Positions 30,040 through 40,034 are shown, numbered from the stretch's first letter. The stretch is 64,000 bases of DNA from Candidatus Aminicenantes bacterium (GCA_037447475.1 JBBIGP010000004.1:7713-71712), one strand, 5' to 3'. Program-made: numbers and translations. Notes: a model not told the origin generated them from the sequence alone.

Positions 30040-31034
30040 GCGCTTTCTCCCCGGCGACGTGGCCTTCCGGGCACGACCGCGTCCGCCGCCCGCCGGACGG
30101 AGTCCCGCATGGTCCTCTCCGCCCGGAAACCCAGGTCCCGTTCGAACCTCGAGCCGTCATAGATCCAATGATAGGCCCGGCCGGACCTTACGATCTCCCG
30201 GGTCAGAAGGGGCGGGCGGCGGCTGAGGCGGGCGGTCTTCTCGGACAGCCAGGCGGCCATGATCTGGACGATATAGGGCACGCGCAGGACCGGTCCTCGG
30301 AGCCCGAGCTCGTCACGGACGGCCTCGAGGATGTCCTTCCAGGCATAGGCCCGGCCGTCGGTCACAAAGAAAGTCTTTCCGACGCTGCGGGGGTCCTCGG
30401 CCGCGAGGATGAGGGCTCTGACGAGGTCCTCGACGTCGATGAGGCTCGTCCGGGGGCGGCCGTTCCCGAGCGAGGGGACGATCCGCCGGCGCATCATCCT
30501 GACGGCTTCCTCGAGCTCGGGCTGCCCCGGGCCGAGCACGTTCGGCGGGCGGAGGATGGTCGCCGGGAGGCGGTCGAAGGCGGCCCTGACCAGCTTTTCG
30601 GCCTCGAGCTTGCTGCGGCCGTAGGGCGAGACCGGCCGGGGCTCGGCGTCCTCGTCGAGGATCCCGCCCTCCGGGCTCGGGCCCGCGGCGGCGATGCTGG
30701 AGACGAAGACGAAGCGTTCGAGACCAGGGGCGGCCCGCAGGCAGGCTTCGAGAAGGTTTGACGTCCCCCGGACGTTGGCCGCATCATAGGCCTCCCAGCT
30801 CGGGGCGCTGATGGCACCGGCCAGGTGGAAGACGACATCCCGACCCTTGACGGCCGGGAGCAAGGAAGCGGCGTCCCGGAGATCGCCTTCGATAAGGGAG
30901 ACCGGGAGGTCCCGAAGCCTGGTCGTCCGGCTCGTCGGGCGGACGAGGCAGGAAACGTCGGCGCCCCTGCGGACCAAGGCTTCGACGAGATGACCGCCGA
31001 TGTAGCCGCTGGCGCCCGTGACCAGCGCCTTCAT
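30036..31034 (-). CDS. NAD(P)-dependent epimerase/dehydratase (extended SDR); trimmed to MKALVTGASGYIG
   Basis: Rossmann VTGASGYIGGHLV, catalytic YGRSKLEAE. Confidence 0.8.
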   Translation of the reverse strand: MKALVTGASGYIGGHLVEALVRRGADVSCLVRPTSRTTRLRDLPVSLIEGDLRDAASLLPAVKGRDVVFHLAGAISAPSWEAYDAANVRGTSNLLEACLRAAPGLERFVFVSSIAAAGPSPEGGILDEDAEPRPVSPYGRSKLEAEKLVRAAFDRLPATILRPPNVLGPGQPELEEAVRMMRRRIVPSLGNGRPRTSLIDVEDLVRALILAAEDPRSVGKTFFVTDGRAYAWKDILEAVRDELGLRGPVLRVPYIVQIMAAWLSEKTARLSRRPPLLTREIVRSGRAYHWIYDGSRFERDLGFRAERTMRDSVRRAADAVVPGRPRRRGESA

Positions 31035-31202
31035 GCCGCCCTCTCTGACAATCGCCCTCCGGTCGGGATGGAATGAAATGGGTTTGATTCTAGCAAAAGC
31101 CGAGGGCCGAGCCAAGCCCCCCCGGCGCCGGCCCCCGGCGCCGGACGCCCCGTCGGATGACCTCGCCCGGCCTCGGGCCAAGGACCGGCGGGAATGCCCC
31201 GG

Positions 31203-31688
31203 TCAATCCGTTCTATGGATCGGTTGACTCGTGGCCCGCAGGAGAAACGAGCGGCCTGCCCGGGTGACGGCCCGGACCACGACCTCGGCCCGGGTCCCCG
31301 TTTCCCACTTGGGACCGCCCCTTGCGATCTTCTCGAGCTGATGGGGATGGAGGCCGTCGCGGGGCCTGTTCTCTCCCGAGAACGCCGTCTCCCAGACGTC
31401 CCGGCCGTTGATGACCCAGAGGCGGTCGGCGTCGAGGTCGGAGGGGAAAGGCTGGAGGTCGACGGCCGTGATCCGCACGACGGCCCTGAGATCGGAGCCA
31501 TCGGGAGGGCTGACCGGCATGAAGTCGCGCCAGAGAAAGGTCTCTAGAACGTACTTTCGCCCGGCGACCTCGATCTCCAGCGGGGCGGACAGCAGTTCCT
31601 CCAGAGGAACGGAAGGGACGGTCGGGCCGGGGCAGCCGACGGCCAAGAAGACCGCCGCGGCGGCGATCCTAGGGAACGGCTTCCTCAT
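31203..31688 (-). CDS. hypothetical lipoprotein
   Basis: Trimmed to MRKPFPRIAAAAVFLAVGCPG (lipobox L-A-V-G-C); no recognisable domain. Confidence 0.4.
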   Translation of the reverse strand: MRKPFPRIAAAAVFLAVGCPGPTVPSVPLEELLSAPLEIEVAGRKYVLETFLWRDFMPVSPPDGSDLRAVVRITAVDLQPFPSDLDADRLWVINGRDVWETAFSGENRPRDGLHPHQLEKIARGGPKWETGTRAEVVVRAVTRAGRSFLLRATSQPIHRTD

Positions 31689-31867
31689 GGGACGGACACC
31701 TTCAATAAAAATAGGGCCATCGAGGGAGGCTGTCAAGCGCACCCTCTGATCTGTCAGCGCTCATGTCCGCACACAGAGCCCTTCCGGGCCTTGACTTGCG
31801 AAGGGGAAATGATTAATTATCTGAATATCGAGAATCCGAAACTCATATTGTCAAAGGAGGGAAAGAA

Positions 31868-34576
31868 ATGAAAAAGCCGCTCATCGCGCTGGGCATGATA
31901 GCCCTGTTCCTCATGACGGCCGCCGTCTCCGCGCAGGAGCGCGGCTCGGTCCGCGGCGTCGTCAAGGACCAGGACGGGAACGCCATCCAAGGCGCCACCG
32001 CGACGATCGCGGGGGCATTCCTTCCGCGGGGGAGGGAGTTCGTCACCGGCCGTGACGGGATCTTCCTCTTTCAGGCCCTGCCGCCGGGCAATTATACGCT
32101 TCTCATCATCCATCCGCAGATGATGGACTATACGTCCGATGTCATCGTGGCCCTCGACCGGCAGACGGCCGTCAACGTCACGATGTCCGCCGTCGGCCGG
32201 GTCCAGGAGGAGATCACGGTCATGGCCGCCTCGCCCATCGTGGACCTGAAATCGACGTCGATCTCCGCGAGCTGGCACAAGGACCTCGTCGAGAAGCTGC
32301 CCATGGGCCGGTCCTACGCCTCGCTCTTCCAGCTGGCCCCCGGGGTCGCGGACAACCGCGATTTCGCGCCCAATGCCGGGGGGAACAAGCAGGACAACGT
32401 CTATCTCTACGACGGCTCGAACATCACGAATCCCCTTTTCGGGTATCTCGGGGCGAACTTCTCCGAGCTCGACATCCAGGAGGTCAACATCAAGAGGGGA
32501 GGCGTCACCGCCGAGTTCGGGCGGGCCGCGGGAATGGTCACCAACGCCGTCACTAAATCGGGCTCGAACACGGTCTCAGGCTCGATGCGGTTCATCTTCG
32601 AGCCCGCCGCGTTCACGGCCGGCTTCGTCGACCCCAACATCGTCACTAAATACAACCAGTACCAGCCGGCCGTCGGCGTCGGCGGCCCTCTCGTCAAGGA
32701 CAAGCTGTTCTGGTACGTCTCGGGGAACCTCCCTTACTCCCTGACCACGGGCCGGGTCAACAACTTAGGCAGCGTCCCGGATTCCAAGAGGACCTCGAAC
32801 GAGTTCTTCGGCAAGATCACCGCCAACCCCCACAAGGCCCACACGATCACCCTGAGCATCCGCAACAACGACTACAAGAACAGAGACGCGGGGATCGGCG
32901 TCAACGACCATCCGAGCGCCGCCTACGACAGCGAAGGATTGAACCGGATCATCTACGGATCTTGGGTCTGGACGATCTCCCAGAACACGATCCTCGAGAC
33001 CCGCTACAACCACGTCAACGAGGACTATTCCGCTGTTCCCATTACGGATCTCGGCTACCGCCCGGCCTTCGACATCAACAACCTTCCGGCCATGGGCTAT
33101 TTCCGGACGGCGACAGGCTATATCGTCGGCGGGGCCACGGCCAGCGGCCAGTTCGTCGGCGGCTATTCAATGAAAGACACCCAGAACTTTTTCCGGGATG
33201 AGCTCAAGTTCGTCCTGAGCCACTATGCGGATTTCCGCGGGCACTCCCATGTGCTGAAGGCGGGATTCTCTTACGACGACGGCGGGGAGTACCTGGACAG
33301 GATCGCCAACGGTTGGGGCTCCATCACCGTGACCACCTACGGAGGCCAGCCCGTTTTCCGGGCCGCGTATTACTCCGAGCAGGCCCCCCAGGATTCCCGG
33401 GGCCGGACCTATTCCATCTTCATACAGGACACGGCCACGATCGGCGAGCGCTTGACCCTGACCGCGGGCCTGCTCTTCAACCGGGACGAGTTCAGCGCCA
33501 AAACGGCCGCCGAAAAGAACACCTTCCTCAGATTCAGTTTCGAGCAGGAAGTCCAGCCGCGCATCGGGCTCGCGTTCACCCTCGACCCCAAAGCCGGCGA
33601 CAAGATCTACGCCAACTGGGGCCGTTACAACAACATGGACAACCGCAGCCTGTCCCGGGCCGCAGCCCCTATCCGGATCTTTCTGTCCGATGCCTATTTC
33701 CTCCGCTCGGACGGCTCCCTGATCGCCGACCTTCCCCGCACCGCGGAGACCGGCAAGGTCATCCTGCCAGGCCTCAAACCGACCTACACGGATGAGGTCG
33801 TGGGCGGATACAGCCGGCCGCTCGGCCGCGTCTGGAGCATCGATGTCTGGGGCCAGTATCGGACCATGAAGAACGTCATCGAGGATTTCCCGACCCGTAA
33901 CAGGGAAACCTCCCCAAGCCAGTATGTTTACGCAAACCTCAACGGGCAAACCATCTCTTATGGCGGGAACCCTGCGTTCGAAGCCGGCAAGGCCCGCCGC
34001 GTCTACAAAGCCGCCAGCTTCGAGCTCAAGAAGCAGTACGCGGACCGCTGGTCGATGACGTTCATGTACACCTGGAGCCGTCTCGAGGGGAACTGGGACC
34101 TCGACTATGCCGCGTCGGCGTTGTTCTACGCCTCTTCCGCTCTCGAGGATGGCCCCGGCCTGTACGTCAGCGACCCCAACCGCGACGGGCTCCTTATCGG
34201 GCACAGGACCCACGTCCTCAAGTTCTTCGGAAGCTGGGAATTCTACAAGAACTTCACCCTGGGCTGGTTCAGCCGGATCCAGAGCGGCCGTCCTTGGGAA
34301 TCGCGGGGCTTGGATTACGTCAACAGCTACCGCAGATACCTGGAGCCGGCCGGATCGAACACCCTCAAGGACTGGGGCAACCTCGACCTACAGGTGTCCT
34401 ACGCAATCCCCATTGGCCGGACGTTCCACGGCATAATTGAGGCCCGCATCATGAACCTCTTCAACGACCAGACGGCGCTGACCATCGACCAGCGCGCAGA
34501 CCAGCCCACTTTCAAGAACCCGACATCCTATGCGCCGCCGAGGAAGTTCGCACTCTCGTTCCACCTCAACTTCTGA
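31868..34576 (+). CDS. TonB-dependent-receptor-like outer-membrane beta-barrel with N-terminal carboxypeptidase-regulatory (CarbopepD_reg) domain
   Basis: 902 aa; signal peptide MKKPLIALGMIALFLMTAAVSAQE; VRGVVKDQDGNAIQGATATIAG...GNYTLLIIHP Ig-like domain; C-terminal ...FALSFHLNF beta-barrel terminus; AT-rich promoter region upstream. Confidence 0.75.
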   Translation: MKKPLIALGMIALFLMTAAVSAQERGSVRGVVKDQDGNAIQGATATIAGAFLPRGREFVTGRDGIFLFQALPPGNYTLLIIHPQMMDYTSDVIVALDRQTAVNVTMSAVGRVQEEITVMAASPIVDLKSTSISASWHKDLVEKLPMGRSYASLFQLAPGVADNRDFAPNAGGNKQDNVYLYDGSNITNPLFGYLGANFSELDIQEVNIKRGGVTAEFGRAAGMVTNAVTKSGSNTVSGSMRFIFEPAAFTAGFVDPNIVTKYNQYQPAVGVGGPLVKDKLFWYVSGNLPYSLTTGRVNNLGSVPDSKRTSNEFFGKITANPHKAHTITLSIRNNDYKNRDAGIGVNDHPSAAYDSEGLNRIIYGSWVWTISQNTILETRYNHVNEDYSAVPITDLGYRPAFDINNLPAMGYFRTATGYIVGGATASGQFVGGYSMKDTQNFFRDELKFVLSHYADFRGHSHVLKAGFSYDDGGEYLDRIANGWGSITVTTYGGQPVFRAAYYSEQAPQDSRGRTYSIFIQDTATIGERLTLTAGLLFNRDEFSAKTAAEKNTFLRFSFEQEVQPRIGLAFTLDPKAGDKIYANWGRYNNMDNRSLSRAAAPIRIFLSDAYFLRSDGSLIADLPRTAETGKVILPGLKPTYTDEVVGGYSRPLGRVWSIDVWGQYRTMKNVIEDFPTRNRETSPSQYVYANLNGQTISYGGNPAFEAGKARRVYKAASFELKKQYADRWSMTFMYTWSRLEGNWDLDYAASALFYASSALEDGPGLYVSDPNRDGLLIGHRTHVLKFFGSWEFYKNFTLGWFSRIQSGRPWESRGLDYVNSYRRYLEPAGSNTLKDWGNLDLQVSYAIPIGRTFHGIIEARIMNLFNDQTALTIDQRADQPTFKNPTSYAPPRKFALSFHLNF

Positions 34577-34799
34577 TCCGGCGTTTCGTTCGGGAAGAAA
34601 AGGGCGGCGACGTCTTCTTTTCGGCGGCGAGCACCCCGGCGGCCATGAACCCCCGGGGGGACATCTCCTGGATCCAGACCCGGATCGTCTCGAGAGGGGC
34701 GCCGATGGATTCGTGGACGGCCTCCGTGACGGCCGCGAGCAGGGCCTTCTTCTGATCGTCCGTCCGGCCTTCGAGGAGGTGGATCTCGATGAGCGGCAT
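34566..34799 (-). CDS. 4-oxalocrotonate tautomerase family protein
   Basis: MPLIEIHLLEGRTDDQKKALLAAVTEAVHESIGAPLETIRVWIQEM, catalytic Pro1 after Met. Confidence 0.7.
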   Translation of the reverse strand: MPLIEIHLLEGRTDDQKKALLAAVTEAVHESIGAPLETIRVWIQEMSPRGFMAAGVLAAEKKTSPPFSSRTKRRIRS

Positions 34800-34906
34800 G
34801 GGCGGCTCCTTTCGGGCCTATTCTATCAAAAAAGGGGCAGTGATTCCGGCGCGCGGTTGACTTTGGCCAGGGCTTCTGATAAACAAATGAGCGAAGGCGG
34901 GCCATC

Positions 34907-35254
34907 ATGACCATAGCGACCCGAGACACGGACGGCGTTGTCATTTTCGACATCACGGGCGAGATCCGGCGCTCCGACAACATGGAAACGACTCTCCATC
35001 ACCTCGTCAAGTCCCACCTCGACCGGGGCAAGCGCAGGATCATGCTCAACTTGGAGAAGGTCGATTTCATCGACAGCTTCGGCGTCGGCGAGATCCTCGC
35101 TAGCTACATCTCCACCCAGAACCTGGGCGGGAGGTTCAAGCTCTTCAGCATCTCGAAAAAGCTCCTCCTCATCTTCCAGATCACGATGCTGACCAAGGTC
35201 CTCGACATCTACGAGGACGAGGGCTGCGCCCTGCGGAGTTTCGAACAGGCGTGA
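34907..35254 (+). CDS. STAS-domain anti-sigma-factor antagonist (SpoIIAA/RsbV-like)
   Basis: 115 aa; ...VVIFDITGEI...LNLEKVDFIDSFGVGEILASY... with phosphorylatable Ser in DSFGVG context. Confidence 0.8.
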   Translation: MTIATRDTDGVVIFDITGEIRRSDNMETTLHHLVKSHLDRGKRRIMLNLEKVDFIDSFGVGEILASYISTQNLGGRFKLFSISKKLLLIFQITMLTKVLDIYEDEGCALRSFEQA

Positions 35255-35281
35255 CCGGGCCGGCGCTGAGCGCGACGCTCC

Positions 35282-37849
35282 ATGCCTGACGACGGCCGGC
35301 TGAACAGGTTCCTGAACCGTTTCGGCTTCGCCGATGTCCGCGTCCCCGAAACGCGGGCCGTGTCCTATCTCTTCGCCCTCTTCTTCCTGACGACATTCTC
35401 GTTCTACATCATCAAGCCGGTCAAGGAGACCTTCCTCATCGGGGTGACTCCCGCCTGGTGGCCGTACGCGGACCTGGCCACGGCCCTGCTCATCGGCTTC
35501 GTCGTGGCCCTCAACGCCAGGCTCCTCAACCGCCTTCCGCGGCGGGCCTACTTGACGGGGACCGTCCTGTTCTTCGCCGCCTGCTTGTTCGTCTTCTGGT
35601 ACGTTTTCGACGCCGCCCTGCAGCTCCAGATCCGGACGCCCGTGATCCACTCCTCGGCCATTTTCGGCGTCATTCCCTTCCAGGTCGCCGTCCGCAACAT
35701 CTGGCCCCTTCCGGTGTTCGCCTTCAGCTTCTTTTCCGATGTCTTCATCGCCATGTCCGTCACCCAGTTCTGGATCGCGGTCAACGATACCCTCGATCCC
35801 TACCAGGCGAAGAGGACGGTCGGCCTGTTCGTCTCGGGGGGGCTGTTGGGCGGGATCGCCGGCGCCCTCCTGACGTCCCTCCTCGTCCGCGTCGTCGGCC
35901 CCGAGAACCTTCTCCTCGCCTGCCCCGGCATCCTCCTCGTCGTCCTGGCCGCCGTCCGCCTCGTCTACGGCGAGCAGAAAAAGCACAGGGGGGAGGCCGA
36001 GCCCTCGGCATCCCCGCCCAAGGCCCGGGTCGGCTACCTGGAGAGCTTCGGCGCCGTCCGGAGGAACAGGTATCTCCTGCTCCTGGCCGGGCTCCTGGCC
36101 TCGGCCATGGTCGCCGGGTCGCTCATCAACTATCAGTTCAAGATCGTCGTCAAGAGCGTCTTCGCGAGCAGCGTCGACCGGACCTCGTTCCTGGGCTCGT
36201 TCTTCTTCGCCATTCTCGTCCTCTCGACCCTTTTCCATCTGGCCGCCACGCGCCTCGTCCTGAAGAATTTCGGCATCCGGCTGGCCCTCCTCGTGGCCCC
36301 CGTGGTCCTGCTCCTCGGCTCGCTCTCGGTCTTCCTCCTCCCGGCCGGCGCCCTGATGGCCTGGGCCAGTCTCGTCAGGGGCGGCGACAAGATCTTCGAC
36401 AACACGATCGGCCAGTCGGTCCGGGAGCTGCTCTACATCCCCGTCCCGGACGAGATCAAGTACAAGGCCAAGATCTTCATCGACATGTTCGTCAACAAGT
36501 TCGCCGTCGGGCTCGGGGCCGGGCTGTTCCTCCTGCTCTACCACGCGTCGCGCTTCGCCTACAAGGCCGAACCGGCGCAGGTCCGGGAGGTCGGCGTCCT
36601 GGCCGTCGCCTTCATCGCCCTCTGGATGGTTCTCACGGGCGTCGTCTACGGGGAGTACCCGAGCGTCGTGAAGAAGGACCTGGCCCGCAAGTGGAAGGAC
36701 GCCGACAAGGTCGTCGAGGAGAGCGTGGACGTCGATGTGACCCGCCGCGTCTTCGACACCGTCCAGAGCCGGGAGCGGAGCGCGACCCTGTACGTCATGA
36801 ACGTCTTCGACCTCATGCGCCGCGGCCGCCTCAGCCCCGAGCTCAAGGAGCTCTTGGGATCCCAGAGGGACGAGCTCAGGGCCCGGTCCATGGACTGCTT
36901 GTTCGACGTCGGGGGAGAGGTCTTCTTCCAGGGGTTCGAGGAGGCCATCGCCGACGAGGACTTCGGGAAAGAGGTCGAGAAGGTCATCCAGTCGGACGAT
37001 TACAAGGCCCTCATGGAGGGACGCCTCGAGACGGTCGCCGGGTCCGCGTCGGAGATCGAGCGCATGGAAGCGGCCAGGCTCATCGGGATGATGGACCCGA
37101 CGCCCCGGGCCATGAGGGTCCTGAGCGTCCTTCTCCAGGACCCCTCGTCCGAGGTCGCAACGTACGCCCTCGACAGCGCGGCGATCCACCGGAGGAAAGA
37201 GCACATCCCCCTGGCTCTCTCCCAGCTGAGCAATCCCTTGACCTGCCAGGGCGCCCAGGCCGCCTTGGCCGCCTACGGCCCGGCCGCCGAGGAGGCCCTG
37301 AGAGCGGCCCTCCAGGACGAAGACCTGCCCCCCGGCGTCCGCCGGGCCATCCCCGATGTCCTGGGCCGGATCGGGACCCAGCGGGGGGCCGACATCCTTC
37401 TCGCCGAGCTCGGGAGGTGCGGCGAGGACATGGAGCCGGAGATTGTCGGAGCCCTTTACAGGATCCGCTCCGCCCGGCCGGGCGTTCTGTTCAAGGAGAA
37501 GAAGGTCCGTCCCGAGATCCTCCGCCTGGTCAGGAAAGCGGGGGAGATCTTCCTCGAGAGGGTCCTGGACGGACAGGACCCCGGCGCCACGGCGGCCCTC
37601 GACCTTCATGTCAAGCGGATTTTCGACCTGCTGACGCTCGTCCAACCGGCCGAGGACGTCGTCAAGGCCTACCAGAACATCCTTCAAGGGACGAAGCGGT
37701 CTGTCGATTATTCCCTCGAGCTTCTCGACAACCTGCTCGATCGGGAGCTCAAGAGGGCCCTCTTCCCGCTCCTCGAGGACCTCCCGCCCGAGGACAGGAG
37801 CGTCCGGCTGAGAAAGGCCCTTCGGGGCCTCGGCCGGGGCCGGGGTTGA
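35282..37849 (+). CDS. TLC/AAA-family (ATP:ADP antiporter-like) nucleotide transporter homologue fused to C-terminal HEAT/PBS-lyase-like repeats
   Basis: N-terminal ~480 aa polytopic with TLC-like signature FALFFLTTFSFYIIKPVKETFLI; C-terminal ~350 aa of repeated helical pairs (...QGAQAALAAYGPAAEEALRAALQDEDLPPGVRRAIPDVLGRIG...). Confidence 0.6.
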   Translation: MPDDGRLNRFLNRFGFADVRVPETRAVSYLFALFFLTTFSFYIIKPVKETFLIGVTPAWWPYADLATALLIGFVVALNARLLNRLPRRAYLTGTVLFFAACLFVFWYVFDAALQLQIRTPVIHSSAIFGVIPFQVAVRNIWPLPVFAFSFFSDVFIAMSVTQFWIAVNDTLDPYQAKRTVGLFVSGGLLGGIAGALLTSLLVRVVGPENLLLACPGILLVVLAAVRLVYGEQKKHRGEAEPSASPPKARVGYLESFGAVRRNRYLLLLAGLLASAMVAGSLINYQFKIVVKSVFASSVDRTSFLGSFFFAILVLSTLFHLAATRLVLKNFGIRLALLVAPVVLLLGSLSVFLLPAGALMAWASLVRGGDKIFDNTIGQSVRELLYIPVPDEIKYKAKIFIDMFVNKFAVGLGAGLFLLLYHASRFAYKAEPAQVREVGVLAVAFIALWMVLTGVVYGEYPSVVKKDLARKWKDADKVVEESVDVDVTRRVFDTVQSRERSATLYVMNVFDLMRRGRLSPELKELLGSQRDELRARSMDCLFDVGGEVFFQGFEEAIADEDFGKEVEKVIQSDDYKALMEGRLETVAGSASEIERMEAARLIGMMDPTPRAMRVLSVLLQDPSSEVATYALDSAAIHRRKEHIPLALSQLSNPLTCQGAQAALAAYGPAAEEALRAALQDEDLPPGVRRAIPDVLGRIGTQRGADILLAELGRCGEDMEPEIVGALYRIRSARPGVLFKEKKVRPEILRLVRKAGEIFLERVLDGQDPGATAALDLHVKRIFDLLTLVQPAEDVVKAYQNILQGTKRSVDYSLELLDNLLDRELKRALFPLLEDLPPEDRSVRLRKALRGLGRGRG

Positions 37850-37850
37850 A

Positions 37851-40034
37851 ATGGCCGGACGCGTCGTCTACAATGAGGGCGCAGGGGATGACATGCCCGA
37901 CTTCTACGTCTATCCCAAGACGGGCGATCCGTTCACCGTGCCGCTGAAGCCCGGCAAGATCACCATCGGCCGGGCGCCGACGAACGACCTCGTCCTTTCC
38001 GACCAGTTCAGCTCGGGATGTCACGCCTCCGTCTATCCGACGACAAGCGGATTCGTCCTTCTCGATCACGGCAGCAAGAACGGCACGTTCGTCAACGGCA
38101 AGAAGGTCACGGGGGAGATCCTCCTGGCCCGGGGGGACGAGATCCTCATCGGCTCGACGAGGATCTACTTCGACCGGGAGTTCCAGAGCAGCATCGAGAT
38201 GGTCGAGGGGACGACCTTCACCCACAGCTCGAACACCATCATCCAGGTCAAGGACATCCTGAAGAAGGCCCCCACGGCCGGCGACTACAGGACGCCCGGA
38301 GGGGAGCTCGACCTGGGGAAGCTCCAGCAGGAGCAGAAGATGATCGCGGTCATGGGGGAGGTCAGTCAGGCCCTCATCTACCACATGCCCCTCGACAAGC
38401 TGCTCAACCACATCATGGACGTTCTCATCCAATACCTGCCCATGGACCGGGGCGTCCTGATGCTCAAGGACCCGGCGACGGGCGAGCTCGCCCACAAGGT
38501 CGTCCGCGTCCAGAGCGGGTCCCTGAGGACGCAGAACATCGCCATCAGCAAGACCATCGTCCAGACCGCCGTCGAGAAGAACTCGGCCATCCTGCTGTCC
38601 GACATCCGGTCGGACGAGAGGTTCGGCGGCCAGGCCAGCGTCATCCAGGCCCAGATCCATTCGGCCATGTGCATCCCCCTCTGGAACAACCAGAACATTC
38701 TCGGGCTCATCTACGCCGACCGGGCCTCCCTCGTCGAGCAGTTCACGGAAGACGATCTGAAGCTGCTGACCCTGCTCGCCAACCTGGCCGCGGTCAAGAT
38801 CGAGAACGCCCGGCTCTACGAGAATTCCCTCAAAATGGAGCAGATGGAGCGCGAGATGGCGATGGCCGTCCAGATCCAGAAGAACTTCCTGCCCCGGGGG
38901 AACCCGTGGTTCGAACCCTACGACGTCAGCGGCAGCATGCGGGCCTGCCACCACGTCGGCGGGGACTACTACGATTTTCTGCCCGAGGCCGACGACCGGC
39001 TGGGCATCGTCATCGCCGACGTCTCGGGGACGGGGGTCAGCGCGGCCCTCCTCATGGCCAACCTGAGGGGGGCCCTGACCGAGAAGTTCCCGGTCACGCC
39101 GGACCTGGGCGAGCTGGTCGCCAAGCTCAACGACTTCGTCCATTCGAGCTCGGACAGCCATTGCTTCATTTCTTTTTTCCTGGCCGTCCTGGACCGCGCC
39201 CGGGACAGGCTGACCTACGTCAATGCCGGCCACAACCCCCCCCTGCTCGCGGACGATCGCGGCCGGATCAGCCGGCTCGAGAGCACGGGTCTCTGTCTCG
39301 GCATGTTCCCGGCCCGGGCCTACGAGCAGCGGACGATCGACCTCGGGCCGGGGGACGTGCTGTGCCTCTACACGGACGGGATCGTCGAGGGCCGGAACAA
39401 GGGCGGGGAGGAATTCGGGGAGGAGAGGCTCGCGGGGATCCTCCGGTCCGCCGCGGCCATGCCGGCCCGGGGGATCATGGAAAGGATCTACGAGGAGGTC
39501 CTCGCCTTCACGGACTGCTCCGCGGCCGGCGACGACATGACCCTCGTCGTCGTCCGGAAGAACCCGCGGCGGGAGGACGGCGAACGGTCTTCGACGGAAA
39601 GGGACGTGCGGGAGATCCGGGTCCCCGCCGCTCTCGAAGCCGTCGACCGCGTCAGGGAGTTCCTCCGGGCCTACATGGGCGAGCAACGGGTCCCCGACGA
39701 GGAGGCCCTGGCCGTCGAGCTCTCGCTCCACGAGATCTGCGTCAACATCGCGATGTACGCCTACTCCGGGGGTCCGGCGGGAGAGATGGCCGTCCGGATC
39801 TGGAACGATGACGGCATGCTGTTCCTCGAGATCCGCGACCGGGGCGTCCCCTTCGACCCCGCGGGAAAGCCGGACCCCGACCTTCTCGTCAAGGTCCGCC
39901 GCGGGCAGCGGGGCGGATTAGGCGTCTTTTTCTTCAAGACCCTCATGGACGGCTTCACTTACCGCCGGGAGAACGGGGAGAACGTCCTGACCGTCCGCAA
40001 GCGGATCCCGCCCCGGCCCGCTCCGGTTCAGTAG
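37851..40034 (+). CDS. FHA - GAF - PP2C(SpoIIE/RsbU-like phosphatase) - HATPase_c(RsbW-like anti-sigma kinase) four-domain partner-switching protein
   Basis: FHA: ITIGRAPTNDLVLSDQFSSGCHASVY...GSKNGTFVNGKKV; GAF region ~aa 170-330; PP2C motifs GGDYYDF, IADVSGTGVSAALLMANLRGAL, YVNAGHNPPLL, LYTDGIVEG; C-terminal ATPase ...ELSLHEICVNIAMYAY...GMLFLEIRDRGVPFDP. Confidence 0.8.
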   Translation: MAGRVVYNEGAGDDMPDFYVYPKTGDPFTVPLKPGKITIGRAPTNDLVLSDQFSSGCHASVYPTTSGFVLLDHGSKNGTFVNGKKVTGEILLARGDEILIGSTRIYFDREFQSSIEMVEGTTFTHSSNTIIQVKDILKKAPTAGDYRTPGGELDLGKLQQEQKMIAVMGEVSQALIYHMPLDKLLNHIMDVLIQYLPMDRGVLMLKDPATGELAHKVVRVQSGSLRTQNIAISKTIVQTAVEKNSAILLSDIRSDERFGGQASVIQAQIHSAMCIPLWNNQNILGLIYADRASLVEQFTEDDLKLLTLLANLAAVKIENARLYENSLKMEQMEREMAMAVQIQKNFLPRGNPWFEPYDVSGSMRACHHVGGDYYDFLPEADDRLGIVIADVSGTGVSAALLMANLRGALTEKFPVTPDLGELVAKLNDFVHSSSDSHCFISFFLAVLDRARDRLTYVNAGHNPPLLADDRGRISRLESTGLCLGMFPARAYEQRTIDLGPGDVLCLYTDGIVEGRNKGGEEFGEERLAGILRSAAAMPARGIMERIYEEVLAFTDCSAAGDDMTLVVVRKNPRREDGERSSTERDVREIRVPAALEAVDRVREFLRAYMGEQRVPDEEALAVELSLHEICVNIAMYAYSGGPAGEMAVRIWNDDGMLFLEIRDRGVPFDPAGKPDPDLLVKVRRGQRGGLGVFFFKTLMDGFTYRRENGENVLTVRKRIPPRPAPVQ

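Noticed and set aside
28115-30160. 681-aa minus-strand ORF
   Set aside because: Only the C-terminal 334 aa (from MKRVLITGANGFIG) is an SDR epimerase; the upstream 347 codons run through the PAP2 gene in another frame with low-complexity Arg/Pro composition, and the internal ATG overlaps the PAP2 stop (ATGA).
35458-39811. 829-aa and 597-aa alternative-frame ORFs (35458-37947, 38018-39811) within the TLC-HEAT and FHA-GAF-PP2C genes
   Set aside because: Extremely Arg/Pro/Gly-rich, no periodic hydrophobicity; the annotated frames show transporter TM helices and PP2C motifs instead.
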